From the NCBI GenBank assembly GCA_010015585.1, contig ML975182.1: a stretch of DNA of 64,000 nt; one strand, given 5' to 3'. The notes under the pieces were generated by a model that did not search any database, was not told where the DNA came from, and saw nothing but the letters and a program-made list of their open reading frames with translations. Source of the stretch: Eremomyces bilateralis CBS 781.70. Lineage: Eukaryota. Every line of letters starts with the position of its first letter. Position 1 is the first letter of the stretch. Of this stretch, positions 62,132 through 64,000 are shown one piece after another. The translations under genes were made by a program, and so were the position numbers.

Positions 62132-63268
62132 ATGGTACCTTTGATCCATTCTCAAATTCCAAGCTGCTGCTCACCATTCCACTGCTAGGCTCCGAAGTCA
62201 TCCAAGCGGAAGCACATCGACCATGACGAAGTCGCGTCAGGAACGGTCGCATCGACGCGATCATCCGCCCATGAACGCGTAAAGAAGCGCAAGAAGCAGG
62301 ATGCTACCCGAAAAAATGAATCCATACAGTCTAAATCGATCGTCTCAGCCAAAGAATCAAACAAATCAAGCGCCCCAGAACCCACCTTCCGACGACCGTT
62401 CTCTCCTCCCACCGTTGCGCATAAGAAGACTACAAATTCCTACTTAACCCAAAAGACCCGCTACATCCCACAGTCCACCCTCACGTCGAAATGGGCACCA
62501 CTCACCACTCCTGCACAAAACGCAGTAAAGACGCTCCTCGCGTCGTCGGCACGGACGGTGATCCAATCACAACCACAGAACCGGCAAAAGGAGGCCGACG
62601 ATGTGCTTCGAGGCGTGTTGAAGAAGCTCGAGCGACAAATTCCACGAATACCGTTTCCGAAAGGGCGCGCCGGGAACAAAGGGGAGGCATTCGTAAGAGA
62701 GATGCTGGACAAGCGGAGAGCGGATCTGGAAGCCCAGCTGACGAGTGTGGAACATGCGATGCTGTTGGTGGAGGAGGAGATAGGGAGGGAAGAAGAGACG
62801 TTGGAGGTCGAGAGGGAGGCGTTGGCGAGTTTGGAGAAGAATGAGAAGGCGGAGATACGGACGTGGAAGGCGGAGGAGCGGAGGGTGAGCACGACTTGAT
62901 GCATTTTTTTGTTGCAACCAGAACGCTGACTCCGAGAACAGATTCCTCTTGATCTTCGAACTTTCTTGGAACCGAGCAGCATGGTGCCGGAGATGCTTGG
63001 CGACAAACCACTTCCGCCTGCGAAAATTGTGCGCGGGCGCGATTACTGCGCACTCGACACATATGTTGCGAAGGAGAATAATGATCCGAACTTGGCTCCG
63101 ATTCTGCAGCAACTGCAAAGCCATTTGGATAGCCTGCATGCGAACAGCGAACAGGTCCAAGACATCTCCAACACCATCGACCGCGCACAGGCATCGCTGG
63201 AGGAAGTCATGTATCAGACGAAAGGCGAAGACGCTCTATTGGGCTGGATTGGTTCGATAGGGACGTAA
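62132..63268 (+). CDS. Kinetochore protein CENP-Q / Fta7 / Okp1 family
   Basis: ATG-only first coding exon, intron 62135-62188, second intron at ~62885-62941. YLTQKTRYIPQSTLTSKWAPL, QIPRIPFP, LEAQLT coiled coil, LQQLQSHLDSLHAN match recalled fungal CENP-Q motifs. Confidence 0.8.
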
Positions 63269-64000
63269 GTGAGGCTGAAATCCTGAGTGCCGCAGGACCA
63301 AGAAGTCGCACAAAGGACTAGGATTTGTCCCAGGACTTTCTAGTATTGCATTGGGATATCAATATATCGGCGCAACCGAAGCACTGCATTTGGGTGGCTG
63401 CATGGCGTGTGGGGTGTGGTCCTAGGAGGTCAGGTTTTCTGCCTACTTCAGGACATGATTGACATCCAATGGCGGATCGAATCATGATCGAGTACTTTAT
63501 GATTTCAGTCGACCTCTCAAATTCGTTCGAATCATCCGAGGAAGTCAATGAATTGCTAATGACTGAATGAGAATTATGAATTTGTCGACTCCGTGTCAAC
63601 CAGCGCAAGTGCGCAACAAGTTTTACAAATTAACAAATACCTCCATCAGAATCAATACCAAGTCTCTCAAGTCATGATGTCCAAAATATTCTATTTTAAT
63701 CCCCGATTGGATGCATCATGGCCAATTTATGGTCGCAATGTGTCTCGTGTCAAATAGGAAGTACAATTCTATTGTATTGCCTTCACTACAAGCAACTGTT
63801 GTGTGCTGATATCCCCTTCCTTTTAACTGGCTCCAAACCTTTGGATCCATGCTATTTGCGGCCTAGCTTGTGTCACTTTTTAGTTTCATTTGTAATCGGA
63901 TCGGGTCGTCGCTGAACGGAAACCAGCATAAGAACGGACTCGTGGCCAGAGGAAGCAGCAAATAACATGTGTATATCGAGTCATATTCATGAAGATGTTC

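Overview
This is filamentous ascomycete (Pezizomycotina-type) nuclear DNA with short GT-AG introns and CTRAC-like branch points. Gene models were assembled by eye, and family names come from motif recognition, not from searches. The window has two halves. About 1-33 kb is a core block: an NADPH alcohol dehydrogenase, KRE6/SKN1, a NuiA-like protein, CYC8/SSN6, a zf-HIT protein, COX11, ureG, DPL1 and small membrane proteins. Long exons in this block show a C-rich to G-rich polarity that resets at introns. About 33-62 kb is an accessory-looking block: a stand-alone intronless RNase H gene, a decayed DUF3435-like tyrosine recombinase (Starship captain-like), two GPI-anchored Cys-rich proteins (one CFEM), a DUF3112-like membrane protein, a RIP-damaged truncated MULE transposon, several pseudogenes and orphan ORFs. 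A core kinetochore gene (CENP-Q) follows at about 62 kb. A small hAT-type MITE sits at 364-646. Best leads are the NuiA-like gene with a leaky upstream ATG encoding a mitochondrial-presequence-like extension, the dead captain with a possible relic cargo region, the intact RNase H, and the exon-scale GC skew. No tRNA, rRNA or CRISPR array was recognised.
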